64,000 nucleotides of DNA from Isurus oxyrinchus (lineage: Eukaryota). Below are positions 51,505 through 64,000 of the stretch, in pieces. Every line of letters starts with the position of its first letter. The stretch's first letter is position 1. Below the pieces are notes generated by a model. It did not search any database. It saw nothing but the letters and a program-made list of their open reading frames with translations, and had not been told where the DNA came from. The stretch is taken from positions 930,001-994,000 of the forward strand of contig JANJGN010000151.1 in assembly GCA_026770705.1 (NCBI GenBank), given 5' to 3'. The position numbers and the translations under genes are program-made.

Positions 51505-52580
51505 TCACAGAATCACACAGTGCAGAAGAGGCCCTTTGGCCCATCGAGTCTGCACCGACACGTGAAAAACACCTGACCTACCTGCCTAATCCCATTTATC
51601 AGCACTTGGCCCATAGCCTTGAATGTTATGACGTGCCAAGTGCTCATCCAAGTACTTTTTAAAGGATGTAAAGCAACCCACCTCCACCACCCTCCCAGGC
51701 AGTGCATTCCAGACCATCACCACCCTCTGGGTAAAAAAGTTTTTCTTCAAAAGCCCCCTAAACCTCCTGCCCCTCACCTTGAACTTATGTCTCCTTGTGA
51801 CTGACCCTTCAACTAAGGTCAACAGCTGCTCCCTATTCACCCTGTCCACACCCCTCAGAATCTTGTACACCTCAATCAGGTCTCCCCTCAGTCTTCTCTG
51901 CTCCAATGAAAACAACCCAAGTCTATCTAACCTCTCTTCATAACTTAAATGTTTCATACCAGGCAACATCCTGGTAAATCTCCTCTGCACCCTCTTCAGT
52001 GCATCACATCCTTCCTATAATGTGGCGACCAGAACTGCATATGGTACTCAAGCTGTGACCTCACCAAGGTTCCATACAAGTCTAATATGGCCTTCCTACT
52101 TTTGTAATCTATGCCTCGATTGATAAAATCAAGTGTCCCATATGCCTTTTTCACCACCCCACTAAGATGCCCCTCCGCCTTCAGAGACCTATGGACACAC
52201 ACGCCAAGGTCCCTTTGTTCCTCAGAACTTCCTAGTGTCATCCCATTCATAGTCAAATTACTCCTTCCAAGGTATATCACCTTGCACTTTTCAGTGCTAC
52301 ATTCCATTTGCCACTTATCTGCCGATTTGACCATTCCATCTATATCTTCCTGTAGCCCAAAACACACAACATCACTGTTAACCAACTGGCTAATCTCTGT
52401 ATCCTCCGCAAACTTACTAATCCTACCCCACATGTAGGCATCTACTTTCATTTATATAAATAACAAATAATCGGGGACCCAGCACAGATCCCTGTGGTAC
52501 ACCACTGGACAATGCCTTCCAGTCACTAAAGCGTCTTTCTGTCATCACCCTCTGTCTCCTACAACTAAGCCAATTTTAGA
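51505..52580 (-). mobile_element. CR1-type LINE (5'-truncated) inserted in the satellite
   Basis: MQRRFTRMLPGM..SYEERL..RGDLIEVYKIL and ISKFAEDT..QRDLGV. Confidence 0.9.
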
Positions 52581-55500
52581 ATTATATTCTTCCCTGCCTC
52601 AGTTTTTATCAATCTAGACCCTGTATCTGTAATCACCGTACTAGACCTTGTCTTCCTTACATTACCTTAGAGCATCAGTAATCACTGCACTATGCCCTGC
52701 CACAGTTTATATTGAGCTAGACCATGTATCAGTAGTCTCTGCACTAGATCTGTCTCAGAATATAATAATCTAGATCCTGTATCTGTAATCTCTGTACTTG
52801 AGGCTCTCTCAGTTTATACTAATCTCGACCCTGTAACGTTACTTACTGCACTAGGCCCTGTCTCAGTTTTTATCAATCAAGACCCTGGATCAGTAATCAC
52901 TGCAACAGACCCTGTCTCAGTTTATATTGATCTAGACCCCACATTAGTTATCTCTGCACTAAACTCTGTCTCACTTTACATTAGCCTAGTCCCTTTATCA
53001 GTAATCACTGCACTAGATCCAGCCTCAGTTTATATTAATTTAGTCCCTGCAGCAGTCATCACTGCAAGAGCTCCTGTCTCAGTTGTATTTATCTAGGCCC
53101 TGTACCAGTGAACATTTCACCAGGCTCTGTCTCAGTTTATGTTGATTCAGACCCTGCATCAGTAATTACTGCACAAGAGCCTGTCTCAGTTTATATTAAC
53201 CAAGACCCTGTTTCAGTAAACATTGCACTCGACCCTGTTCTGGTATTAATAATTTGCACCCTGAACCTAAAAGCACTGCACTGGACTGTTTCTCAGTTTA
53301 TATTAATCTAAAGCCTGTACCTGTAATCACTGCACTAGGCCCTGTCCCATTTTATATGCATCCAATCCTGTTACACAACTCACAGCACCAGGCCTTGTCT
53401 CAGTTTATATCAATCTAGACCCTATACCAGTAATCACTACACTAAACGCAAGTCATTTGATATTAATTTGGACCTTATACCAGTAATCACTGCACTTGAA
53501 CCTCTCTGAGTTTATATTAATCTCGGCGCTTTATCAGTAACCCCTGCACGATGTCCTGCCTCAGGTTTTTTTTTATCAATCTAGACCCTGTATCAGTTAT
53601 CACTGCCTCATCCCAGTTATATTTATCTAGGCCCTATATCAATTAACACTTCACCAGGTCCTTTCTCAGTTTATGTTAGTCCAGACCTTGTATCAGTAAT
53701 TACTGTACAAGAGCCAGTCTCAGTTTATATTAATCAAGGCAGTTTTTCAGTAATCACTGCACTTGTCACTGTTCTGGTTATAATAAACTGCACACTGAAT
53801 CTATAATCACTGCACTTGGCCCACTCTCAGTTTCTATTAACCTAGACCCTGTATCAGTAATCACTGCAGTAGGCCCTGCCTCAGTTCATATTTATCTTCG
53901 CCCTGTATCAGTAATCACTGCATTGGACATTGTCAGAGTTTATATTGATTGAGACCCTGTATCAGTAATTACTGCACAAGAACCTGTCTCAGTTTATATT
54001 AAGCTAGATCCTGTGCTTGTAATCACTACACTAGAGCATGCCTCAGTTTACATTAATCTAGATCCTGTATCAGTAATCACTGCACTCAACATTGTCTGAG
54101 TTATGCTGATTGAGACACTGTATTAATAAACACTGTGCTAGACCCTGTCTCAGTTTATATTAATCTAGATCCTGTATCAGTCATCACTGCACTATGGCCT
54201 GCCTCAGTTTAAATTAGTCCAGACCATCTATCAGTAATAATTGCAATAAGCCCGTCTCAGGTTATATTAATCTAGATCTTGTATCAGTAATGACTGCACG
54301 AGGCTCTGTCTCACTTTATATTAATCCAGACCCTGTATCAGTAATCGCTGCACTTGGACCTATCTCAGTTTATATTGATTGGGACACTGTATCAGTAATT
54401 ACAGCAATATGGCCTACCTCAGTCTATATCAATTTAGACCCTCTATTAGTAATCACTGGACTTAGCCCTCTCTCTGTTTCTATTAATCTAGACCCTGTAT
54501 CAATTATCACTGCATGTGGCCCTGCCTCAGTTTATATTAATCTAGGCTCTGCATCGGTAATCGCTGCACTGGGCATTGTCTAAGTTCATATTGATTGAGA
54601 CCATGTGTCAGTAATCAATGCACTCGGCCCTGCCACAGTTTATATTAAGCTAGATGCTGTACAATATGCCAGGCGTCATTTTGTTTATCAATCTAGGCCC
54701 TGTATCGGTAATCACTGCACTAGGCCCTATCTCAGTTTACATTAATTTAGTCCCTGCAGCAGTAATCACTGCCCGAGCCTCTGTCCCAGTTATATTTATC
54801 TGGGCCCTGTGTCAGTGAACACTGCACCAGGCCCTGTCTCAGGTTATGTTAGTTCAGACCGTGTATCAGTAATTACTGTACAAGAGCCTGTCTCAGTTTA
54901 TATTAATCAAGGCCCTGTTTCAGTAATCATTGCACTTGGCCCTGTTCTGGTTATAATAATCTGCACCCTGAATCTATAATCATTGCACTTGGCCCTCTCT
55001 CAGTTTCTATTAACCTAGACCCTGTACCAGTAATCACTGCAATATGCCCTCAGTTTATGTCAATCTCAACCCTGTATCAGCAATTACTGCAATTTTCCCT
55101 ACTTTACTTTATATCAATCTAGACCCTAAATCAGTAATCGCTGCACTAGGCCATGCCTCAGTTCATATTAATCAAGACCATGTATCAGTAATCACTGCAC
55201 TAATCACTATCTCAGTTTTATTTTTATCAAGACCTAGGATCAGTAATCATTGCCCTAGACACTGTCTCATTTTATACTGATGTACACCCCGTAACTGTAA
55301 TTGCTTCAATGGACACTGTCTCAGTTTATATTGACCCTGATCCTGTATCATTAATCACTGCACTATCCCCTGTCCTAGTTTATGTTAATCTACTCCCTGT
55401 GTCAGTAATCACTGCAATATGGCCTGCCTCAGTTCATATTAATCTAGACCCTAAATCAGTAACCGCTGCATTGAGTCCTGACTCAGTTCATATTAATTTA

Positions 55501-57216
55501 GGCCATACATCAGTAATCAGTGCAATGGACACTGTCTCAGTTTATATTGATTTGATCCTGCATCATTAATCAATGCAATAGCCTCTGTCCTACTTTATAT
55601 TCACCTCGACCCTGCATCAGTAATCACTGCACTATGCCCTGCCTCCATTTTTATCATCTAGACCCTGTATTAGTAATCAGTGCACTAGTCTCATTTTATA
55701 TTAATCTAGACCCTGTATCAATAATCACTGCACTGGACACTGTCTCAGTTTATATTGATCCAGACCCTGTATCAGTAATTCTGGCATTAGAGCCTGTCTC
55801 ATTTTATATAAATCAAACACTCTATAATAATCAGTGCAATAAACACCCTCACTTTACATTGTTCTAGACCCAGTATCAGTAATCACTGCACTAGCCGCTG
55901 TCCTCGATTTTATTTATCTTGGCCCTGCAACACTAGTCACTGCACTATGGCCTGCCTTAGTTTATATCAATCCAGGTCCTGTATCAGTAATAACTTCGCT
56001 GGACCCTGTCTCCATTTATATGAGTCCAGACCCTGTACCAGTAATCACTGCACTGGCCCTTATCCCAGTTTATATTTATGTCAACCGTGTATCCGTAATC
56101 ACTGCACTTGTCCCTGTCTCTGTTTATATGGATCTGGACGCTGTGCCAGTAATCACTGCACTAGACCCAGCATCAGTTTACATCAATCCATATCCTGTAT
56201 CAGTAATCACTGCACTAGACCTTATCTCAGTTTAGATGAGTCCAGAACCTGTATCAGTAATGACAGTTCTAGAGAATGCCTCCACTTATTTTAGTCCAGA
56301 CACTGTAACAGTAATCACTGCACTAGCCCCTGTCCCAGTTTACACTTATCTAGACCATGGATCAGTAATCACTGCACAATGCACTGTCTCAGTTTCTGTC
56401 AAGCTAGAGCCTGTATCAGGAATCACTGCACTAGACCCCTTCTCAGTTTATATTAATCAAGACCCTGTATCAGTAATCACTCTACTGGACACTGCCTCAG
56501 TTTATATTGATCTAGACCATGTATCAGTAATCACTGCACTAGGCCCTGTCTCAGTTTATATTCACCCTAGAGCCTTGTTCAGTAATTACTGCAATATGGC
56601 CTGCCTCAGTTCATATTAATTTAGACCATGTATCAGTAATTACTTCAATGGACACTGTCTCAGTTTATATTGACCCTGATCCTGTATCATTAATCAATGC
56701 ACTAGCCTCTGTCCTGCTTTACATTTACCTTGGCCCTGCATCAGTAATCACTGCACTAGGCTCTGTCTCAGTTTACATTAATCTACACCCTGTATCAGTA
56801 ATCACTGCACTATGCCCTGCCTCTGTTTTTATCGTCTAGACCCTGTATCAGTAATCATCACACTTGGGTCTGTCTCAGTTTATATTAATCGAGACCCTGT
56901 TTCAGTAATCACCTCACTGGACACTGTCTCAGTTTATATTGATCCAGACCCTGTATCAGCAATCACTGCAGTAGGCCCAGTCTCAGTTTATATTTGTCTC
57001 GGCCCTGTATCAATAATCTCTGCACTGGACATTGTCTGAGTTTATATTAATTTTGACCCTACTTCAGTTTTCATTGCACTGGACCCTGTCTCAGATTCTA
57101 TTAATCTAGACCCTGTATAGTAATGACTGCACTGGACATTGTCTGAATTTATATTGATCAGGACCATGTATCTGTAAACACTGCACTAGAATCTGTCTCA
57201 GTTTCTATTAATCTAG

Positions 57217-57358
57217 TCATCTATGTCATTTATATAAATGACAAATAATAGGGGACCCAGCACAGATCCCTGTGCTACGCCACTGGACACTGGCTTCCAG
57301 TAACTAAAGCATCCTTCTGTCATCATCCTCCGTCTCCTACAACAAAGCCAATTTTTGA
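57217..57358 (-). mobile_element. Duplicated 5' junction fragment of the same CR1 insertion
   Basis: Aligns with 52436-52580 and continues into the same satellite junction. Confidence 0.85.
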
Positions 57359-60300
57359 ATTATATTCTGCCCTGCCTCAGTTTTTATCAATCTAGACGCT
57401 GTATCAGTAATCACCATACTAGGCCTTGTCTCAGTTTACATTAATTTAGAGCCTGCATCAGGAATCACTGCACTGTGCCCTCCGCAATTTATATTAATCA
57501 AGACCCCGTGTCAGTAATCACTGCACTGGACACTGTCTCAATTTATATTGAGCTAGGCCATTTATCAGTCATCTCTACACTAGACCTGTCTCAGATTATA
57601 TTAATCTAGACCCTGTATCTGTAATCTCTGTACTTGAGGCTGTCTCAGTTGATATTAATCTAGACCCTGTAACATTAATCACTGCACTAGGCCCTTTCTC
57701 AATTTTTATTAATCAAGACCCTGTATCAGTATTCACTGCAGTAGGAACTGTCTCAGTTGATATTGATCTAGACCCTGTCTCAGTTTATATTGATCTTGGT
57801 CCCACATCTGTTATCTCTGCACTAGACTCTGTCTCACTTTATATTAATTTAGTCCCTGCAGCAGTCATCACTGCAAGAGCTCCTGTCCCAGTTATATTTA
57901 TCTAGGCCCTGTATCAATGAACACTTCACATTTTATGTTGGTTCAGACCGTGTATCAGTAATTACTGCACAAAAGCCTGTCTCAGTTTATATTAATCAAG
58001 ACCCTGTTTCAGTAATCACTGCACTCAACCCTGTTCTGGTAATAATAATTTGCAACCTGAACCTAAAAACACTGCACTGGGCTGTTTCTCAGGTTCAATT
58101 AATCTGGACCCTGTATCAATAATCACTGCACTAGACCCTGTTCCATTTTATATGCATCCAACCCTGTAACACAAATCATGGCCCTCGGCCTTGTCTCAGT
58201 GTATATCAATCTAGGCCCTGTATCAGTAATCACTGCACGAGACCCTACGTCATTTTATATCAATTTGGACTCTATATCAGCAATCACTGCACTTGAGCCT
58301 CTCTGAGTGTATATTAATGTCGGCCCGGTATCAGTAATCCCTGCACCATGCCCTGCCACAGCTTTTTTTATGAATCTAGACCCTGTTTCAGTTATCCCTG
58401 AACTAGGCCCCATCTCAATATCTATATTAACCTAGACCCTGTATCAGTAATCACTGCCCGAGTCCCTGTGCCAGTTATATTTATCTAGGCCCTGTATCAA
58501 TGAACGCATCACCAGGCCCTGTCTCAGTTTATGTTAGTTCAGACCGTGGATCAGTAATTACTGCACAAGAGCCTGTCTCAGTTTATATTAATCAAGACAC
58601 TGTTTCAGTAATCACTGCACTTGTCTCTGTTCTGGTTATTATAATCTGCATCCTGAATCTATAATCACTGCACTTGGCCCTCTCTCAGTTTCTGTTAACC
58701 TAGACCCTGTATCAGTAATCACTGCAGTAGGCCCTGCCTCAATTTATATTTATCTCGGACCTGTATCAGTAATCGCTGCATTGGACATTATCTGAGTTTA
58801 TATTGATTGAGACCCTGTATTAATAATTACTGCACAAGAACCTGTCTCAGTTTATATTAAGCTAGATCCTGTGTCTGTAATCACTGCATGAGAGCATACC
58901 TCAGTTTTTATAAATCTAGATCCTGTATCAGTAATCAGTGCACTCGGCATTGTCTGAGTTTATATTGATTGAAACCCTGTATCAGTAAACACTGGACTAG
59001 ACCCTGTCTCAGTTTATATTAATTTAGATCCTGTATCAGTAATGACTGCACTTGGCCCTGACTCAGTTTATATTAAACCAGGCCCTGTATCAGTAATCAC
59101 AGCACATGGAGCGATCTCAGTTTATATTGATCTGGACACTGTATCAGTTATCAACGCACTAGACCTTGCCTCAGTTTATATTAATCCAGGCTCTGTGTCA
59201 GTAATCACTGCACTGGACATTGTCTGAGTTAATATTGATTCAGACCATGTGTCAGTAATCACTGCACTGGGTCATGTCTGAGTATATATTGATCCTGATT
59301 CTATATCGGTAAGCATCACACCAGACCATGTCTCAATTTAGATTAATCTCGATCCTGTATCAGTAATCCCTGCACTATGCCCTGCCTCAGTTTATATCAA
59401 TCAAGACCCTGTATCAGTAATCCCTGCACTAGGCCCTGTCTCAGTTTATATTAGTCCAGAGCCTCTATCAGTAATCACTGCACTAGGCCCTTTCTCCATT
59501 GATATTGATCTAGATCTTGAATCAGTAATCACTGTGAAGGACACTGTCTCAGTTTATATTGATCCAGATCCCATATCGTTAATCACTGCACTAGCCCTTG
59601 TCCTGGCTTATATTTATCTAGGCCCTGTCTCAGTTTATATTAATCTGTACCCTGTATCAGCAATCACTGCACTATGTCCTGCCTCAGTTTTTTTAAAATC
59701 AGTCTAGACGCTGTATCAGTAATCACTGCACTAGGCCCTATCAAAGTTTATATTAATTTAGCCCCTGCAGCAGTAATCACTGCCCGAGCCCCTGTCCCAG
59801 TTATAATTATCTGGGCCCTGTGTCAGTGAACAGTGTACCAGGCCCTGTCTCAGGTTATGTTATTTCAGACCAAGCATCAGCGATTACTGCACAAGAGCCT
59901 GACTCAGTTTATATTAATCAAGGCCCTGTTTCAGTAATCACTGCTCTCGTCCCTGTTCTGGTTATAATAATCTGCACCCTGAATCTATAATCACTGCACT
60001 TTTCCCTCTCTCAGTTGCTATTAACCTGGACCCTGCATCAGTAATCAAGTTAATATGTCCTGTCTTAGTTTATATCAATCTAGACCCTAAATCAGTAATC
60101 GCTGCACTAGGCTATGCCTCAGTTCATATTAATCTGGACCATGTATCAGTAATCACTGCACTAGACACGATCTTAATTTTATATTTATCAAGACCTTGGA
60201 TCAGTCATCACTGCACTAGACACTGTCTCATGTTATATTAATCCAGACCCTGCATCATTAATCACTGCACTGGACCTTATCTCAGTTTATACTGATGTAC

Positions 60301-61723
60301 GTTCTGTAACCGTAATTACTTCAAAGGACACTGTCTCAGTTTATATTGATCCTCATCCTGTATCATTAATCACTGCACTAGCCCCTGACCTAGTTTATAT
60401 TAGTCTCGTCCCTGTGTCGGTAATCACTGCACTAGGCCCTGACTTAGTTTATATCAACCTAGACCTTCTATTAGTAATCACTGCACTAGGCCCTGTCTCA
60501 GTTTACATTGATCTAGACTCTGAATAAGTAATCACTGCACTATGGCCTGCCTCAGTTTATATTAATCTGTGCCTAAATCAGTAATCGCTGCACTAGGCCC
60601 TGCCTCAGTTCATATTAATTTAGGCCACGTATCAGTAATCATTGCAATGGGCACTGCCTCAGTTTATACTGATCCTGATCCTGTATCATTAATCACTGCA
60701 CTAGCCTCTATCCTGCTTTATATTTACCTCGGCCCTGTATCAGTAATTACTGCACTAGGCTCTGTCACAGTTTATATTAATCTAGACCCTGTATCAGTAA
60801 TCTCTGCACAATGCCCTGCCTCAGTCTTTATCATCTGGACCGTGCATCAGTCATGATTGCACTAGGCTCTGTCTCAGTTTATAATGATTCAGACACTGTA
60901 TCAGTAATCATTGCACTAGCCACTGTCCTCATTTTTATTTATCTAGGCCCTGCATCAGTGATCGCTGCACTATGGCCTGCCTCAGCTTATATCAATCCAT
61001 ATTCTGTATAAGTTATCAATTCGCTCGACCCTGTCTCAGTTTATATTAGTCCACAACCTGTATCAATAATGATAGAGCTAGAAAATGCCTCAGTTTATGA
61101 GTCCAGATCCTGTATCAGTAATCACTGCAATGGCCCCCATCCCAGTACATATTTATATAGACCCTGGATCAGTAATCACTGCACTAGCCCCTGTCTCTGT
61201 TTATATTGATCTAGACCCTGTGTCAGTAATCACTGCACTAGACCCAGCATCAGTTTATATCAATCTAAACCCTCGAGCAGTAATCACTGCACTTGGCCTG
61301 TCTCAAGCTCTATTAATCCAGACCCTGTATCAGTAATCACTGCACTAGACCCTATCCCAGTTTATATTGATCTAGACCATGCATCATAATCAGTGCAATG
61401 GACACTGTCTCATTTTATATTAATCTAGGCCCTGTATCAGTAATCACTTCACTATGCCATGCATCCATTTTTATCAATCCATATCCTGTATCAGTAATCA
61501 CTGCACTAGACCTTAACTCAGTTTGTATTAGTCCAGAACCTGTATCAGTAATGATAGAACTCAATACCTCCGTTTATTTTAGTCCAGACACTGTAACAGT
61601 GATCATTGCACTAGCCCCTGCCCCAGTTTATATTTATCTAAACCCTGTATCAATGATCACTGCACAATGCCCTGTTTCAGTTTACATCAAGCCAGAGCCT
61701 GTATCAGTAATCGCAGCACTATA

Positions 61724-62077
61724 ATAAAAGCAAAAAAACTGTGATGCTGGAAATCCAAAACAAAAACAAAAATACCTGGAAAAACTCAGCAGGTCTGGCA
61801 GCATCTGGGGAGAGAAGCACAGTTAACATTTCGAGTCCACATGACTCTTCAACAAACTAAGGAAAAATAGAAAAGGGGTGAAATATATCTTATTAGCTTA
61901 TATCCCACCACCACCACCGCACCCCCCCCCACTTAAACCAGCTTATATTTCACCCCTTTTCTATTTTTCCTTAGTTCTGTTGAAGAGTCATGTGGACTTG
62001 AAATGTTAACTGTGTTCCTGTCCCACAGATACTGCCAGACCTGCTGAGTTCTTCTAGGTAATTTTGTTTTAGTTACT
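61724..62077. mobile_element. Palindromic Penelope-derived mini-element inside the satellite, 11-bp TSD GCAGCACTATA
   Basis: Inverted arms; TSD at 61713-61723 and 62078-62088. Confidence 0.85.
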
Positions 62078-63056
62078 GCAGCACTATACCCTGTCTCAGT
62101 TTATATTAATCAAGACCCTGTATCAGTAATCACTCTACTGGACACTGCCTTCGTTTATATTGATCTAGATCATGTATCAGTAATCACTGCACTTGGTCCT
62201 GTCTCAGTTTATGTTAGTCTAGATCCTTTATGAGTAATCATTGCATTAGCCCCTGCATCAGTTTATATCAACCTAGATCCTGTATCAGTAATCACTGCAC
62301 TGGACACTGTCCTAGTTTATTTTTTATCTCAGCCGGCTATGAGTAATCACTGCACTATGGCTTGCCTCAGTGTATATCAGCCTTGACCCTGTATCAGTAA
62401 TCATTGCACAGGGCATTGAGTGAATTTATATTGATCAAGATCCTGTATCTATAAACACTGGACTAGACCCTGTCCCAGTTTATATTAATCTAAATCCTGT
62501 GTCTGTAATCACTGCACTAGCCCCTGTCTCTGTTTATATTGATCTAGACCCTGTGTCAGTATTCATTGTACTAGACCCAGCATCAGTTTATATCAATCTA
62601 AACCCTCGAGCAGTGATCACTGCACTTGGCCTGTCTCAAGCTCTATTAACCTAGACCCTGTGTCAGTAATCACTGCACTCGACCCTATCCCAGTTTATAT
62701 TGATCTAGACCATGCATCATAATCAGTGCAATGGACACTGTCTCATTTTATATTAATCTAGGCCCTGTATCAGTAATCACTTCTCTATGCCATGCCTCCA
62801 TTTTTATCAATCCATATCCTGTATCAGTAATCACTGCACTAGACCTTAACTCAGTTTATATTAGTCCAGAACCTGTATCAGTAATGATAGAACTCAATAC
62901 CTCCGTTTATTTTAGTCCAGACACTGTAACAGTGATCATTGCACTAGCCCCTGCCCCAGTTTATATTTATCTAGACCCTGTATCAATGATCACTGCACAA
63001 TGCCCTGTTTCAGTTTACATCAAGCCAGAGCCTGTATCAGTAATCGCAGCACTATA

Positions 63057-63409
63057 ATAAAAGCAAAAAAACTGTGGATGCTGGAAATCCAAAACAAAAA
63101 CAAAAATACCTGGAAAAACTCAGCAGGTCTGGCAGCATCTGGGGAGAGGAGCACAGTTAACATTTCGAGTCCGCATGACTCTTCAACAAACTAAGGAAAA
63201 ATAGAAAAGGGGTGAAATATATCTTATTAGCTTATATCCCACCACCACCACAACCCCCCTCCCACTTAAACCAGCTTATATTTCACCCCTTTTCTATTTT
63301 TCCTTAGTTCTGTTGAAGAGTCATGTGGACTTGAAATGTTAACTGTGTTCCTCTCCACAGATGCTGCCAGACCTGCTGAGTTCTTCTAGGTAATTTTGTT
63401 TTTGTTATT
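63057..63409. mobile_element. Duplicate of the 61724-62077 Penelope mini-palindrome
   Basis: Same arms and same TSD (63046-63056 and 63410-63420), offset about 1333 bp. Confidence 0.85.
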
Positions 63410-64000
63410 GCAGCACTATACCCTGTCTCAGTTTATATTAATCAAGACCCTGTATCAGTAATCACTCTACTGGACACTGCCTTCGTTTATATTGATCTAG
63501 ATCATGTATCAGTAATCACTGCACTTGGTCTTGTCTCAGTTTATGTTAGTCTAGATCCTTTATGAGTAATCATTGCACTAGCCCCTGCATCAGTTTATAT
63601 CAACCTAGACCTGGTAACAGTAATCACTGCACTTGGCCGCAACTCAAGTTTATTTAATCTAGACCCTGTATCAGTAATCACTGCACTGGACACTGTCCTA
63701 GTTTATTTTTTATCTCAGCCCGCTATGAGTAATCACTGCACTATCGCTTGCCTCAATGTATATCAACCTTGACCCTGTATCAGTAATCACTGCACAGGGC
63801 ATTGAGTGAATTTATATTGATCAAGATCCTGTATCTATAAACACTGGACTAGACCCTGTCCCAGTTTATATTAATCTAAATCCTGTGTCTGTAATCACTG
63901 CACTCAAGCATGTCTCAGTTTATATTAATCTAGATCCTGTATCAGTTATCATTGCACATGAGCCTGTCTCAGTTTGCATTAATCTAATCACTGTATCAGT

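Larger units (their letters stand above)
50950..64000 (+). repeat. Large satellite array: 54-bp dimer of two 27-mers (CTAGACCCTGTATCAGTAATCACTGCA and CTAGGCCCTGTCTCAGTTTATATTAAT); runs off the end of the window
   Basis: Direct periodicity; translates as (LDPVSVITA LGPVSVYIN)n pseudo-ORFs. Confidence 0.95.

Noticed and set aside
50904-63194. Repetitive hydrophobic ORFs (LDPVSVITALGPVSVYIN)n
   Set aside because: By-product of the 27/54-bp satellite; frequent stops and frameshifts, and no gene structure.
50950-64000. CRISPR-like periodicity
   Set aside because: Eukaryotic tandem satellite with no unique spacers and no cas genes.

Overview
Vertebrate genomic DNA from a cartilaginous fish (shark-type repeats and Ig organisation). 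The central feature is a complete, apparently intact, unrearranged cluster-type IgM heavy-chain minilocus on the minus strand (about 19.6-38.1 kb). Its order is promoter, leader, VH(23-RSS), D1(12/22), D2(12/12), JH(23), an 11-kb intron, CH1-CH4 with secretory tail, TM1 and TM2. Downstream of it (1-19 kb) are decayed tRNA genes, a C2H2 zinc-finger pseudogene with GC/CCAAT/NRF1-type promoters, many CR1/L2/RTE LINE and tRNA-SINE fragments, and a young palindromic Penelope (GIY-YIG) retroelement carrying minimal hammerhead ribozymes. Upstream (41-64 kb) are an RTE LINE, several minisatellites and a >13-kb satellite (27-bp monomer, 54-bp dimer, kb-scale higher-order units) containing LINE and Penelope-hairpin insertions. 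The most interesting observations are: a strand-biased, G-rich, switch-region-like repeat in the JH-CH1 intron; an atypical CH2 domain; a signal-joint-like heptamer fusion inside the D1 RSS spacer; and TSD-flanked mini-palindromes with hammerheads that have a non-canonical core. There are two assembly gaps (21343-21473 and 30551-30731). All calls were made by eye, without database searches.
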